From positions 5,895 to 69,894 of the forward strand of contig JACPES010000005.1 of the NCBI GenBank assembly GCA_016183365.1: DNA of 64,000 nucleotides, written 5' to 3'. The DNA comes from Candidatus Collierbacteria bacterium. Lineage in GTDB: Bacteria > Patescibacteriota > Microgenomatia > UBA1400 > JACPES01. Each line of letters begins with the position of its first letter. Position 1 is the first letter of the stretch. This document shows, in pieces, positions 17,239 to 26,379 of this stretch. A program made the translations under genes and the position numbers. A model generated the notes under the pieces. The model was given only the letters and a program-made list of their open reading frames with translations. It searched no databases and had not been told where the DNA came from.

Positions 17239-19302
17239 TTAGACGCTGCATTTTGACCAACCGCAGCTATGGCAAGTGACACAACCATTTTCGGCAATTA
17301 CCGCAGCTCCACACTCCGGACAGACGGCGGCGGGACCGGAGCCGGGACGCAAAGGCAAATGTTGAATGGCAGAATTTTCATTCGTCATTCGTAATTGGTC
17401 ATTCGTCATTGTATCCTTAGCAAGATTCAAAACCTGATCTTTTTTTGAGCCGTCTCTATAAATAGTAATCCCCTTGCAGCCGAGTTTCCAGGCCAGAATG
17501 TAGGCTTTTTCTACATCTTCAACAGTAGTATTATGGGGGAAGTTAATGGTTTTGCTGATTGAGTTATCAAAATGTTTCTGCCAGGCGGCCTGAATCTTAA
17601 CGTGCCACGATGGAGAAATCTCATGGGTGGTAACAAATATCTTATAAAACCAGCCGGGCAAACCTTCGATGGATTTTAATCCGTATTCCGCGACGTGTTT
17701 CAGAACACTCGGAAAACTCGGAGTTTCAGATAAATCAGAAAGTCGGAGAATCGGAAAATCAGAACTTCTGATCTTCTGATTTTCTGACTTTCTGACATTC
17801 CGGCTTTCCGAGTTTTCAGAGTTTTCCGAAATGACTCTCTTTAGTTCTTCTTCAAACACCGGATCGACCATATATATTTCCTTCGTCGGCCTATTTTTTC
17901 TATCGTCTTCAAAGAATGTTCGTCTTTTTGTGACCAACGAAAAAATCGGCTCTATCCCCGAAGTAGTGTCGGCGAGCATCGCCGTAGTCCCAGTGGGGGC
18001 AATCATGGTAGTAGCGCAGTTTCGCATCGGATGCTTGTCAAAATAAATACTCCTGTCCCAGTTGCCGAAGTTGCCGCGGACTTTGGCCAGTTTCATACTC
18101 TCATTTTGGGCAGTTTCCTGGATGAACTTTGCCAATTTTTCCGAAAGCTCCTCCGCTTGACTAGAGTTGTACGGAATACCTAATTTAACCAACATATGGG
18201 AAAATCCCATCACGCCTAATCCAATGCGGCGGTTGCCGTTTTTGACCATCTGCTCAATTTCGGGAATAGCATAGGTATTAACTTCAATCATGTCGTCGAG
18301 AAACCGGACCCCGAGACGGACGCTCTTTTCTAAGTCTTCCCAGTCAACTCCATTCATTGTTTCCTGTTTCTTGCTTCTTGCTTCTTTTATATGATTCTGC
18401 AAGCAAATACTTGTCAAATTGCAACTCTCGTAGGGCAAAAGTCCGATTTCGCCGCAGGGATTAGTCGCTTCTATCCGTCCAATTTGGGGAGTGGGGTTGT
18501 CGCGGTTAAAAGTATCCAAAAACATCAAACCCGGATCGCCGGTTTGATGGGCGTGGTCAACGATCATTTTGAATAATTTCCGGGCTTTTATCTTTCTCAC
18601 CGGCTCCCCGGTTCTGGGGTTAATTAAATTCCACATCTTATCCGCCTGAACCGCTTTCATAAATTCGTCGGTTACTCCAACGGAAATATTAAAGTTCTTG
18701 ATAGTGCCATCCTCGTCTTTAAGGCGAATAAAGTCTTCAATGTCGGGATGGTCGGCGTTTAAAATCCCGATGTTGGCGCCTTGGCGTTTGGCGCCCTGAA
18801 GAATTTTTGACAGGGCGGCGGAATAGGCGGCCAGAAAGTCCACCGGACCGGAGGCGGCGTTGGGGACATTTTTGACTTTGTCGCCGCGGGGACGGATGCG
18901 GGAAAAATTAAAGCCGGTGCCGCCGTTATTTTTATGGACGACGGCAGCGTCACCCAAGGTTTTGAAAATCGACTGAATGTTGTCTTCGACCGGAAGAACG
19001 AAACAGCTGCTCAATTGGCCGGTGCCGCCGGGGTTACCGGCCTCAAACATGGCCTTGCCGGCGCATACGAATTTGAAATTCACCATCCGGTCGTAAAAGG
19101 CGACGGCAATCTCGGCAACTTTCCCGTTTCCGCCATTCCAATTGACTTCGGCTTTAGCCATATGTCTGGCGACCCGCCACAGCATCTCTCCCGGAGTTTC
19201 GATGACTTTTCCGGACATATCGGTGCGGAGATAACGCTTCTGGGAAATCTTTATGGCAGTTGGTGATAGTTTTGGTTCGATGATAGTCATATGTATAGAC
19301 AA
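17239..19302 (-). CDS. nrdJ: class II ribonucleotide reductase, paralogue 2 (no ATP cone)
   Basis: LSSCFV, ATNPCGEI, CNLTSI, IAPTGT, YRDGS, C-terminal Cys cluster. Confidence 0.93.
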   Translation of the reverse strand: MSIHMTIIEPKLSPTAIKISQKRYLRTDMSGKVIETPGEMLWRVARHMAKAEVNWNGGNGKVAEIAVAFYDRMVNFKFVCAGKAMFEAGNPGGTGQLSSCFVLPVEDNIQSIFKTLGDAAVVHKNNGGTGFNFSRIRPRGDKVKNVPNAASGPVDFLAAYSAALSKILQGAKRQGANIGILNADHPDIEDFIRLKDEDGTIKNFNISVGVTDEFMKAVQADKMWNLINPRTGEPVRKIKARKLFKMIVDHAHQTGDPGLMFLDTFNRDNPTPQIGRIEATNPCGEIGLLPYESCNLTSICLQNHIKEARSKKQETMNGVDWEDLEKSVRLGVRFLDDMIEVNTYAIPEIEQMVKNGNRRIGLGVMGFSHMLVKLGIPYNSSQAEELSEKLAKFIQETAQNESMKLAKVRGNFGNWDRSIYFDKHPMRNCATTMIAPTGTTAMLADTTSGIEPIFSLVTKRRTFFEDDRKNRPTKEIYMVDPVFEEELKRVISENSENSESRNVRKSENQKIRSSDFPILRLSDLSETPSFPSVLKHVAEYGLKSIEGLPGWFYKIFVTTHEISPSWHVKIQAAWQKHFDNSISKTINFPHNTTVEDVEKAYILAWKLGCKGITIYRDGSKKDQVLNLAKDTMTNDQLRMTNENSAIQHLPLRPGSGPAAVCPECGAAVIAENGCVTCHSCGWSKCSV
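17700..17832. repeat. family A in-frame inverted-repeat element (in nrdJ2)
   Basis: Encodes SENSENSESRNVRKSENQKIRSSDFPILRLSDLSETPSFPSVL. Confidence 0.9.
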
Positions 19303-19332
19303 ATTTTAAATTGTAAATTAACTCTCTTGTCC

Positions 19333-21405
19333 TCATACCGAGCATTTACTCCATCCGCATTCCTGACAAGTTGCGCATCCATCCATCAACGTCAGTTCTC
19401 CCCTGCATTCCGGACACACTTCGTCAGGATTTCCTTTAACCGTTAACCTTTGACCTTTGACCTTCCCCACATTGAGCACTTGCTCTCTCCGGCAGCCGTC
19501 GCGATAAACCGTAATTCCTTTACATCCGGTTTCGAAAGCTAATAAATAAGCGTTTTTAATATCGTCGACTGTGGCCGAATTGGGCAAATTAATAGTTTTT
19601 GATACCGCCGCATCTGTATATTTTTGCCATGCGGCTTGCATTTTAATATGCCATCTGTAGGGAATTTCCATGGAGACACGGAAGATATCTCTTACTTCTT
19701 GCGGAATTTCTTTAATATTTTGGCAACTGCCGGACACAGAGACTCTCTCCAGAACACTCGGAAAACTTGGAACATCAGATAAATCAGAAGATCGGAGTTT
19801 CAGAGAACCAGAATTTCTGGTCGTCTGATTGTCTGATTTTCTGATTTTCCGGCTTTCAGAGTTTTCAGAGTTTTCTGAAATTACACCAACTGCTTTTGAA
19901 AATTCTTCGTTAACTTCTAGCAAACTCGTCTTCCCCAAATCTAAAATATTTTCCCTTCTGTACGCCAAGGCAAACAACGGTTCTATTCCACTGGAACAAC
20001 CGGCGATTATGGAAATAGTCCCGGTCGGGGCGACGGTGTTGACCGTTGAATTACGCATATGAGTGAAACCTTGCTTCTGCCAAACGCTATCTTCGAAAGC
20101 CGGGAAAGAACCACGACTTCTAGCCAGTTCCACCGAGGCGTCGCGGGCAGTATCATGGATAAATTTAGCGGTTTTTTTCGCTAGTTTCAACGCCGCTTCC
20201 GAGTCGTAACGAACCCCCAGTTTAATCAACATGTCCGCCCAGCCCATGACGCCGACGCCGATTTTTCTGGTGGTCAGGGCCATTTTTTTTAATTGGGGAA
20301 TCGGATAGTCGCAGAGGTCGATAACGTTGTCCTGAAAGTGAACCCCGAGACGGACGACCTCTTCTAATCGTTTCCAGTTGATTCTTTCCAGAACACTCGG
20401 AAAACTCTGAGAACCAGAGAAATCGGAATATCGGAGGATCGGAGAATCAGACGATCCGGCCTTCTGACTTTCTGATTTTCTGATATTCCGGCTTTCCGAG
20501 TATTCCGAGTTTTCTGAACTTACAAATCTTCCCAGGTTTATATTCCCCAAGTTGCATGACTCATACGGTAATAGGGCTTGTTCGCCACACGGGTTAGTTG
20601 CTTGATATATCCCTAATTTTGGCGTCGGACAATATTTATTCATGACATCTAAAAACACTAATCCCGGGTCGCCGACTTTCCAGGCCTGGGTGGCGATTAA
20701 ATTCCATAACTCCATCACGTCGATATCTTTTTCGGTGGCGCCGTCGTTGGGGTGAAATAAATGAATAGTCCCCTTTTTGGCTTTGACCTTTTCCATAAAT
20801 TCGTCTGTAGCCCCGACGCTGACGTTAAAATGGTAGAGCGTGGACGGATCTTCTTTGGACATAATAAATTCAACGATGTCCGGGTGATCAACCTTCAATA
20901 CTCCCATCAGGGCGGGGCGGCGGGCGCTGGCCTCGGCGATGGTGGCGGCGGAATAATTAAATAACCGCAGGAAAGAAACGGCGCCGGAACTGATGCCGCC
21001 GGTTGATTCCACCAAAGAACCCCGCGGCCTAAGATTTGTCAGCGGGATTCCAATCCCGCCGCCGGTCCGTAAAATCAGGGCCGCGTTGCGCAGTTGATCA
21101 TAAATATCTTCCAAGGAATCGGATAAAGGCAAAACATAGCAAGCCGAAAATTGTTTATGCTTGCGGCCGGCGTTAAGGAGGACCGAGCCGGAAAGATATT
21201 CCAAATTCGACATGGCCCGATAAAAATCATCGGCGACTTTTTTTATCTCCTGATCCGCTTTATCTCCCTTTACTCTTAGATATTTTTTGTCAGCCGACGC
21301 GATTAAGTTAGCTACCCGTCGGAACATCTGATCAGGGATTTCTTTTGGCAAAAGATAGCCGCGTTTTTTCAAAACTACCAAAGCGTTATCGGATAAATTT
21401 GTCAT
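19333..21405 (-). CDS. nrdJ: class II ribonucleotide reductase, paralogue 3 (no ATP cone)
   Basis: FSACYV, ATNPCGEQ, CNLGNINL, VAPTGT, YRDG, C-terminal Cys cluster. Confidence 0.93.
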   Translation of the reverse strand: MTNLSDNALVVLKKRGYLLPKEIPDQMFRRVANLIASADKKYLRVKGDKADQEIKKVADDFYRAMSNLEYLSGSVLLNAGRKHKQFSACYVLPLSDSLEDIYDQLRNAALILRTGGGIGIPLTNLRPRGSLVESTGGISSGAVSFLRLFNYSAATIAEASARRPALMGVLKVDHPDIVEFIMSKEDPSTLYHFNVSVGATDEFMEKVKAKKGTIHLFHPNDGATEKDIDVMELWNLIATQAWKVGDPGLVFLDVMNKYCPTPKLGIYQATNPCGEQALLPYESCNLGNINLGRFVSSENSEYSESRNIRKSESQKAGSSDSPILRYSDFSGSQSFPSVLERINWKRLEEVVRLGVHFQDNVIDLCDYPIPQLKKMALTTRKIGVGVMGWADMLIKLGVRYDSEAALKLAKKTAKFIHDTARDASVELARSRGSFPAFEDSVWQKQGFTHMRNSTVNTVAPTGTISIIAGCSSGIEPLFALAYRRENILDLGKTSLLEVNEEFSKAVGVISENSENSESRKIRKSDNQTTRNSGSLKLRSSDLSDVPSFPSVLERVSVSGSCQNIKEIPQEVRDIFRVSMEIPYRWHIKMQAAWQKYTDAAVSKTINLPNSATVDDIKNAYLLAFETGCKGITVYRDGCRREQVLNVGKVKGQRLTVKGNPDEVCPECRGELTLMDGCATCQECGWSKCSV
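19749..19882. repeat. family A in-frame inverted-repeat element (nrdJ3, second site)
   Basis: Encodes SENSENSESRKIRKSDNQTTRNSGSLKLRSSDLSDVPSFPSVL. Confidence 0.9.
20388..20519. repeat. family A in-frame inverted-repeat element (nrdJ3, first site)
   Basis: Encodes SENSEYSESRNIRKSESQKAGSSDSPILRYSDFSGSQSFPSVL. Confidence 0.9.
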
Positions 21406-21406
21406 A

Positions 21407-21546
21407 TTTTCTGTTATCGGATTTCAGTTTTCTGTTTTCGGTTTTCTGTTTTCAGGTTGACCGGTTTTCTGTTTGCCAGTTCGAAACCGATAAACTGAAG
21501 ACTGACTAACTGCAAACTGATAGCTGACAACCGAGAACTGATAACC
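21407..21546. repeat. intergenic inverted heptamer array (TTTTCWG / AACYGAN)
   Basis: About 9 degenerate 7-mers mirrored by about 9 complementary 7-mers immediately upstream of nrdJ3. Confidence 0.85.
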
Positions 21547-21744
21547 GTATCCGCCCCGCCTAAATTCTTTAGCTTTTGGCGGGGCGGTCTGTTGACCTCA
21601 CCGGTATTCCGACTTTAAGAAATCACCACTGAACCGTCAACTACCAATATCCGTATCAGAGTCAATCACCACTTCCGTTTGAACCAGATTGCCGCAAAAA
21701 CTGCCAATAATAAATAAATCTATATATTAAGTTGAACAATTAAA

Positions 21745-22005
21745 CTAAAGCTGTGCTGCTATATCAATGATTTTAATTAGTACGGACGGATCTGACGGCA
21801 AACAGGCAGGATTCTCCGACGTGTGAAGTTTACGAAACTTCACAATTGCTAATTTCTTGTCCGCAACCTTTCTGACTAATTTTTCATCGGCAGAAACCAA
21901 TATGGCTTTAGCGGCTTTGGCCAAAGTCTGGCGGGAACTATCGTATGCCGACAACTGATATTTTTGGACTAAAGTCAAACATGTTTTATGTTCGTCGGCT
22001 ATCGA
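21745..22005 (-). pseudogene. 3' fragment of a PIN/VapC gene, paralogous to 23398-23832
   Basis: CLTLVQKYQLSAYD...TLAKAAKAILVSADEKLVRKVAD versus CLTLAKKYQLSGYD...TLAKAANTALVSADAKLVRKVAD. Confidence 0.75.
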
Positions 22006-22038
22006 GCAGAAAATCTGAACTGTCTCGCGAGGCGATGA

Positions 22039-23294
22039 TTAATTTATGGGAGGTTTATACAACAGGTCTGAAAATTTTCTCCACTCGTCAGGCGATCTTC
22101 TATTTATTTCAGCAGCCAGCATATATAAATTTGTATCCCCTTCGAAAGTTCTTTGGATACGGATATATTTTTCATCCAAAGTTTGTTTTAAGGCCATAAA
22201 ATACGGATTTCCGGATTGAGGGAAAAAGATAAAAACCGGAGGAGAATTTTTTAGCACAGACTCAAATTCATTCCTTAAAATAGGAGACCGGGGGTAGAAC
22301 ATGAAAGGCGGTATAAAACCCGATGTTTAAAGTAGTTATCCGCAAATTCAGAAAAATCAGCAGAAAATAAAATAGGAGAAAAATTACCCCGGTCCGGATT
22401 TTCCTTTGTGATTTGAACAAAATGATTGCGGCGCTGATTATAACCGGGATTAATAATAATAAATAGTAACGGGCAATAACTTGATTTAAGCCTTGCAGAC
22501 TTAAAAATGGATAAATTAAAAAAGAAAAGTAGCTTTGGGCGGTTAATGTTGCTTCATAAGGCAAAAAATACTTGAGATTATTAACCACGGCTTCCTGAAA
22601 CCAACTGAAGAAATTTACTGTGGTAAATAAGATGATGGTTGGAATAAAAAAAGACGACAACACGTCTAAGACCGAAGCTTGTTTTAACATTTTGTATCTT
22701 AAATAGATAAATAAGACTGCGGAAAATAAAAGGAAGGGCCAAGCAGGCAAAAGATTGAAAGCAACCCAAAATATGCAAAATCCGAAAGTATATCCGTCCA
22801 GTCTTAGCCATTTGTTATTTATATTTAAAAAGGCGTATTCTCCTAAAACCCCAGCTAAAAACATTAACGGATAAACGACCAAAGATTCCGCTAAAAGATG
22901 GTAGCCGAAAAGATAGAATTTAATTATTTCAGTAAAAACTGAAGCGATAAAACCTTTCGCGCCAAATCTGACAGTTAAAAGAAAAGCCCCAATAAATGAT
23001 AAAAATAGCATGAATTGGCGGACTCTCTCTATTAGCATAAACAGATTTGTAAATTTAATAATTTTCCAAAAGGCGAATGCCGTAATAATTGGCAGGGGCT
23101 GATGATTGGTGGATAGATCCTGATAAAGAGATTTGTGTTTTTCCGCCATCATCCAAGCCGGAGTCAGATGCTCATTTTCATCGGCGAAATTAAATGATTG
23201 GGTTCTGGGTTTTAAGAATGAAAATTGTAATAGGAAGAATAAAATAAGTAATAAAACGTAAATGCCTAAATGAAACTTTTTAATTCCGATATCA
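22039..23294 (-). pseudogene. frameshifted multi-TM GT-C-like membrane protein
   Basis: FADENEH...LYQDLSTNHQPLP; split into ORFs 22268-23152 and 22039-22302; the nearest ATG is out of frame. Confidence 0.55.
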
Positions 23295-23397
23295 TTTTAC
23301 TAAAAAAGCTAAGTCTCTATAGGACACTGCAATTAGAGATTAAGATAAATTTTTAACACGGCCTGATTTGGCGGCAGCCGGGACAAGAATATAAAAG

Positions 23398-23832
23398 TCA
23401 TTCCGTGGACGCGGCGTATTCTTTCAGCCCAATGACCAATCTTGTATCGGCCACTTTTCTAACAAGTTTGGCATCGGCGGAGACCAATGCGGTATTGGCG
23501 GCTTTGGCTAAAGTAAGATAAGAGCCGTCGTATCCCGACAGCTGATATTTTTTGGCTAAAGTCAAACATAATTTATATTCGTCGGCTATCGATAGAAGCT
23601 GTGGTTTTGATTTAAGAAAAAATTTCAGGAATTTCAACGAATTGGAAAAAGTTATTTTATCCCTAGCGACAGCCGTCACTAAAGCATTGACAATTTCGTA
23701 CTCCCATAACAAAGGCGCTAGCAGCGTAACTTTTTTTTCCTCACTGGCTTTAAGAATGGATAGAGCCGCGGACGAGTCCTCTTCGGCAAACAGCCATTTC
23801 AAACAAACCGAGGCGTCAATAACGATATTCAT
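23398..23832 (-). CDS. vapC: PIN-domain toxin (VapC-like)
   Basis: IVIDASVCLKW, YEIVNAL, YDGSYL, LVSAD. Confidence 0.9.
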   Translation of the reverse strand: MNIVIDASVCLKWLFAEEDSSAALSILKASEEKKVTLLAPLLWEYEIVNALVTAVARDKITFSNSLKFLKFFLKSKPQLLSIADEYKLCLTLAKKYQLSGYDGSYLTLAKAANTALVSADAKLVRKVADTRLVIGLKEYAASTE

Positions 23833-24071
23833 TAAATTTTACGGCCAGCCGCTATCAGCTGGGAAACGGGAATATCTATTTTTACCGACATGTTTCCGGC
23901 TTGTTTAGCCAAGCTTAATTGAGACCGAACGGAGATGGTTTTAAGTTTACGATAGGCTCCGGCGGCTTCGCGGATTAAAGCGGCGGTGCTTTTACCTTCG
24001 GAAAGGGCCAATAGCCGCAACGCCAGGTAATCTTCTTTGGGGAAACGAATATTCGTAGCTATTGTTTGCAT
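23832..24071 (-). CDS. RHH/CopG-like antitoxin
   Basis: TNIRFP...EGKSTAALIREA; stop overlaps the toxin start. Confidence 0.8.
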   Translation of the reverse strand: MQTIATNIRFPKEDYLALRLLALSEGKSTAALIREAAGAYRKLKTISVRSQLSLAKQAGNMSVKIDIPVSQLIAAGRKI

Positions 24072-24117
24072 AATGATGCTATGGTACTATGGTATGAATT
24101 TATTGTCAAGACCTAGG

Positions 24118-25251
24118 TTAACACGGCCTGATTTGACGGCATCCCGGACAGGTTTCTCCGATCGCGCAAGAAACTGTTTTCTTACAGTTCGGACAGTGAA
24201 CTCGATTGTTTTCTATTCCTAAAACCGGAACTGCTGAAAAAGTTGCCCCGCCAAATCTCGACGGCATTAAACTCCCGATGCAACCCGCAGCCGCTGTCAT
24301 AAAGGCGGCCAGAAAATTTTCTGTTGGAATCCGGCTTAATTTCTCTCTAGCAATCTCCGGAATTTTCTCTTTACCAATTAACTCCAAAACCGATTCAATA
24401 AATCCAAACACCGTTTGGGCCATTCCAATTTGCATTTTTTCGATTTCCCCTTCAGCCGAATTAACTACTTCCGCAATTTTCTTTCCGCCGTCTTTTACAA
24501 CCTGCCGGATTGCCTGCCATATTTCCCCAGAGCCGGCGCCATATAATTTTCCGATTGACACGCCTTCAATCGTCCGGCCAGGACCAAAAACAGTATTACA
24601 TGCCGCGATTAAATCCTTATGGTCGGCCTGAAATACCATTCCGGATAAAATTCTTGGACTAATCTCCGGCGGAACATTCAAGCCTGTTAAATTAGCAATC
24701 AGGCTCCTTAACTCTGGCAATGAAAAATCACTCATATACGAAGAAACGGATAATTTCCGGCTGCCGGAATTGTCTCGGCCGATAGTCCCGATGTTTATAT
24801 ACGCGTGCCGACTGCTGAATCCTTCTTTGGGGCTGGCCCATAAAATATTTTCTCCGTCTTCTTTAGATTTATTTTCATCAGCTAATATTCCGGCCACTTT
24901 TTCTAAGACTAAAAACGCTCCCGCTCCCCGTTCCGGTTCATTTTTGTCAACTCTCGATCTGGCATCGGTAAAATTTCTATTATGGAGATCTTCGCTGGCA
25001 ACGAGTTTTCCGCCGGTTAAATGATAAGAAAAATGATCCGGGGCGTATTGAAGTCTGGTTAAAAGCTCGCGGGGAAATTGAGGTAAAAGCTGTTTGACTA
25101 CTTCCGGTCCTTGCTCGCGGATAAAGTATCTCAAATCCGCAGCTAAACTTTTAATATCAAACCCTTTTGGAGATTCGTAGAATCGAAGATTGAGTGCCGG
25201 ACCTAAAATTTCTGCCATAAGTTTTTGCCCCTGCGGCGGAGGCGGTTTCAA
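24118..25251 (-). CDS. hypothetical protein with C-terminal zinc ribbon
   Basis: HCPNC...CPGC...C at the C-terminus. Confidence 0.65.
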   Translation of the reverse strand: MKPPPPQGQKLMAEILGPALNLRFYESPKGFDIKSLAADLRYFIREQGPEVVKQLLPQFPRELLTRLQYAPDHFSYHLTGGKLVASEDLHNRNFTDARSRVDKNEPERGAGAFLVLEKVAGILADENKSKEDGENILWASPKEGFSSRHAYINIGTIGRDNSGSRKLSVSSYMSDFSLPELRSLIANLTGLNVPPEISPRILSGMVFQADHKDLIAACNTVFGPGRTIEGVSIGKLYGAGSGEIWQAIRQVVKDGGKKIAEVVNSAEGEIEKMQIGMAQTVFGFIESVLELIGKEKIPEIAREKLSRIPTENFLAAFMTAAAGCIGSLMPSRFGGATFSAVPVLGIENNRVHCPNCKKTVSCAIGETCPGCRQIRPC

Positions 25252-25416
25252 CTTTTTTTGATTTCAGGAGCAAGTTCCCGACTTTCCCGACCCAAGGTCA
25301 AGGATTCACGGTTGCGGCACAGTCCCCGATTTCCACGAGGTTCCTCTGTCTCCCGAAACGGAAAATGTCAACAACAGATTAATAGCATGAAGGAGAATAA
25401 TTAACAAGAGTCTAAT

Positions 25417-25692
25417 TCAGGAGCGGCGATAGACTTGGTCGTGGGTGCCGAGATCGAAAAAATAGAATATTTCATCTTCCAAGATAGCGTATAACATCCG
25501 AACACTGCCGGTGATACTAATGCTCCAAACCTGCTGTTGGCTACCGACGAGTTGATGATTTCTAAGCGAAGGATAATGAGGATTCTGTTGGAAAAGAGCG
25601 AGCTGTTTTTCGATTTTCGCCGACAAACTTTTATCTCTGCGTTTAAGCGACCGGAACCGTTTTAATAAATCTGGAGAAATCTGAATTTCCAT
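25417..25692 (-). CDS. RelE/YafQ-superfamily toxin
   Basis: NPHYPSLRNHQL..WSISIT...DLGTHDQVY. Confidence 0.85.
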   Translation of the reverse strand: MEIQISPDLLKRFRSLKRRDKSLSAKIEKQLALFQQNPHYPSLRNHQLVGSQQQVWSISITGSVRMLYAILEDEIFYFFDLGTHDQVYRRS

Positions 25693-25700
25693 TGATTTGA

Positions 25701-25955
25701 TTAAAGGGTTTCGAAAAATTTAGAGACATCATCAACGGCAACCGCCTTATGTCTGTCTTTTAACGCTTTTTTAAGTATTTTCTTGGTTCTATCCGACATT
25801 TCAAACACCGGAAAATCCATCGGGGAGACGTCTTTGATAACTAAATGGCGGACATATCCGGAAATAGGCAGGTCATATTTGGCGGCTTTACTGGCCAAAA
25901 ACTCCCATAGAGCCACCGGCAGATTGACTTTGATTTGAGTCTGCGGAGTAATCAT
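25701..25955 (-). CDS. cognate antitoxin (RHH-like)
   Basis: Small ORF upstream of the toxin; SGYVRHLV motif. Confidence 0.75.
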   Translation of the reverse strand: MITPQTQIKVNLPVALWEFLASKAAKYDLPISGYVRHLVIKDVSPMDFPVFEMSDRTKKILKKALKDRHKAVAVDDVSKFFETL

Positions 25956-26379
25956 GGTCTGATATTATCCCCTATTTCAGGACTTGTCAAGGACTTATTT
26001 TTGAATTCCCAGATAATTTACGACCAGGCGGGAGTGGGTTTTGGTGGCGGTCTAGACTATCTAAATCCCGGTATTTTTTATCTCGAATACCAGCGGATCA
26101 AAAGGATCGGAAAAATCAGTAATTCCAAGCGGGACTTGGTTTTAGAATTCCTGATAGCTGGGTTGCTGGTCTGGACCGTGAGCCAAATTACAAAATTCAG
26201 TCCGGGTTTTTGGGGAGACGGAGATTCCGGAGAAGGCGAAGTTTGATTTTTCTTTTCATTGAGGGTTATTATACAGATTTATTAAAAACCGGTTGTCAAG
26301 CAGAAGAAATAAAGGGTAAGCCTAACTTGACATCCATAAATAATCAATGTAATATAGGAGAATATAGACACGTAAATAT

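Noticed and set aside
14670-20519. RNR insertions as inteins
   Set aside because: Far too short, no C-terminal His-Asn plus nucleophile junction, and the same DNA occurs in other frames in unrelated genes.
21407-21546. CRISPR array here or at other repeat tracts
   Set aside because: Units are 7-11 nt with no unique spacers; no cas genes in the window.
21630-21690. NrdR boxes upstream of nrdJ3
   Set aside because: Match to the consensus is too weak to support.
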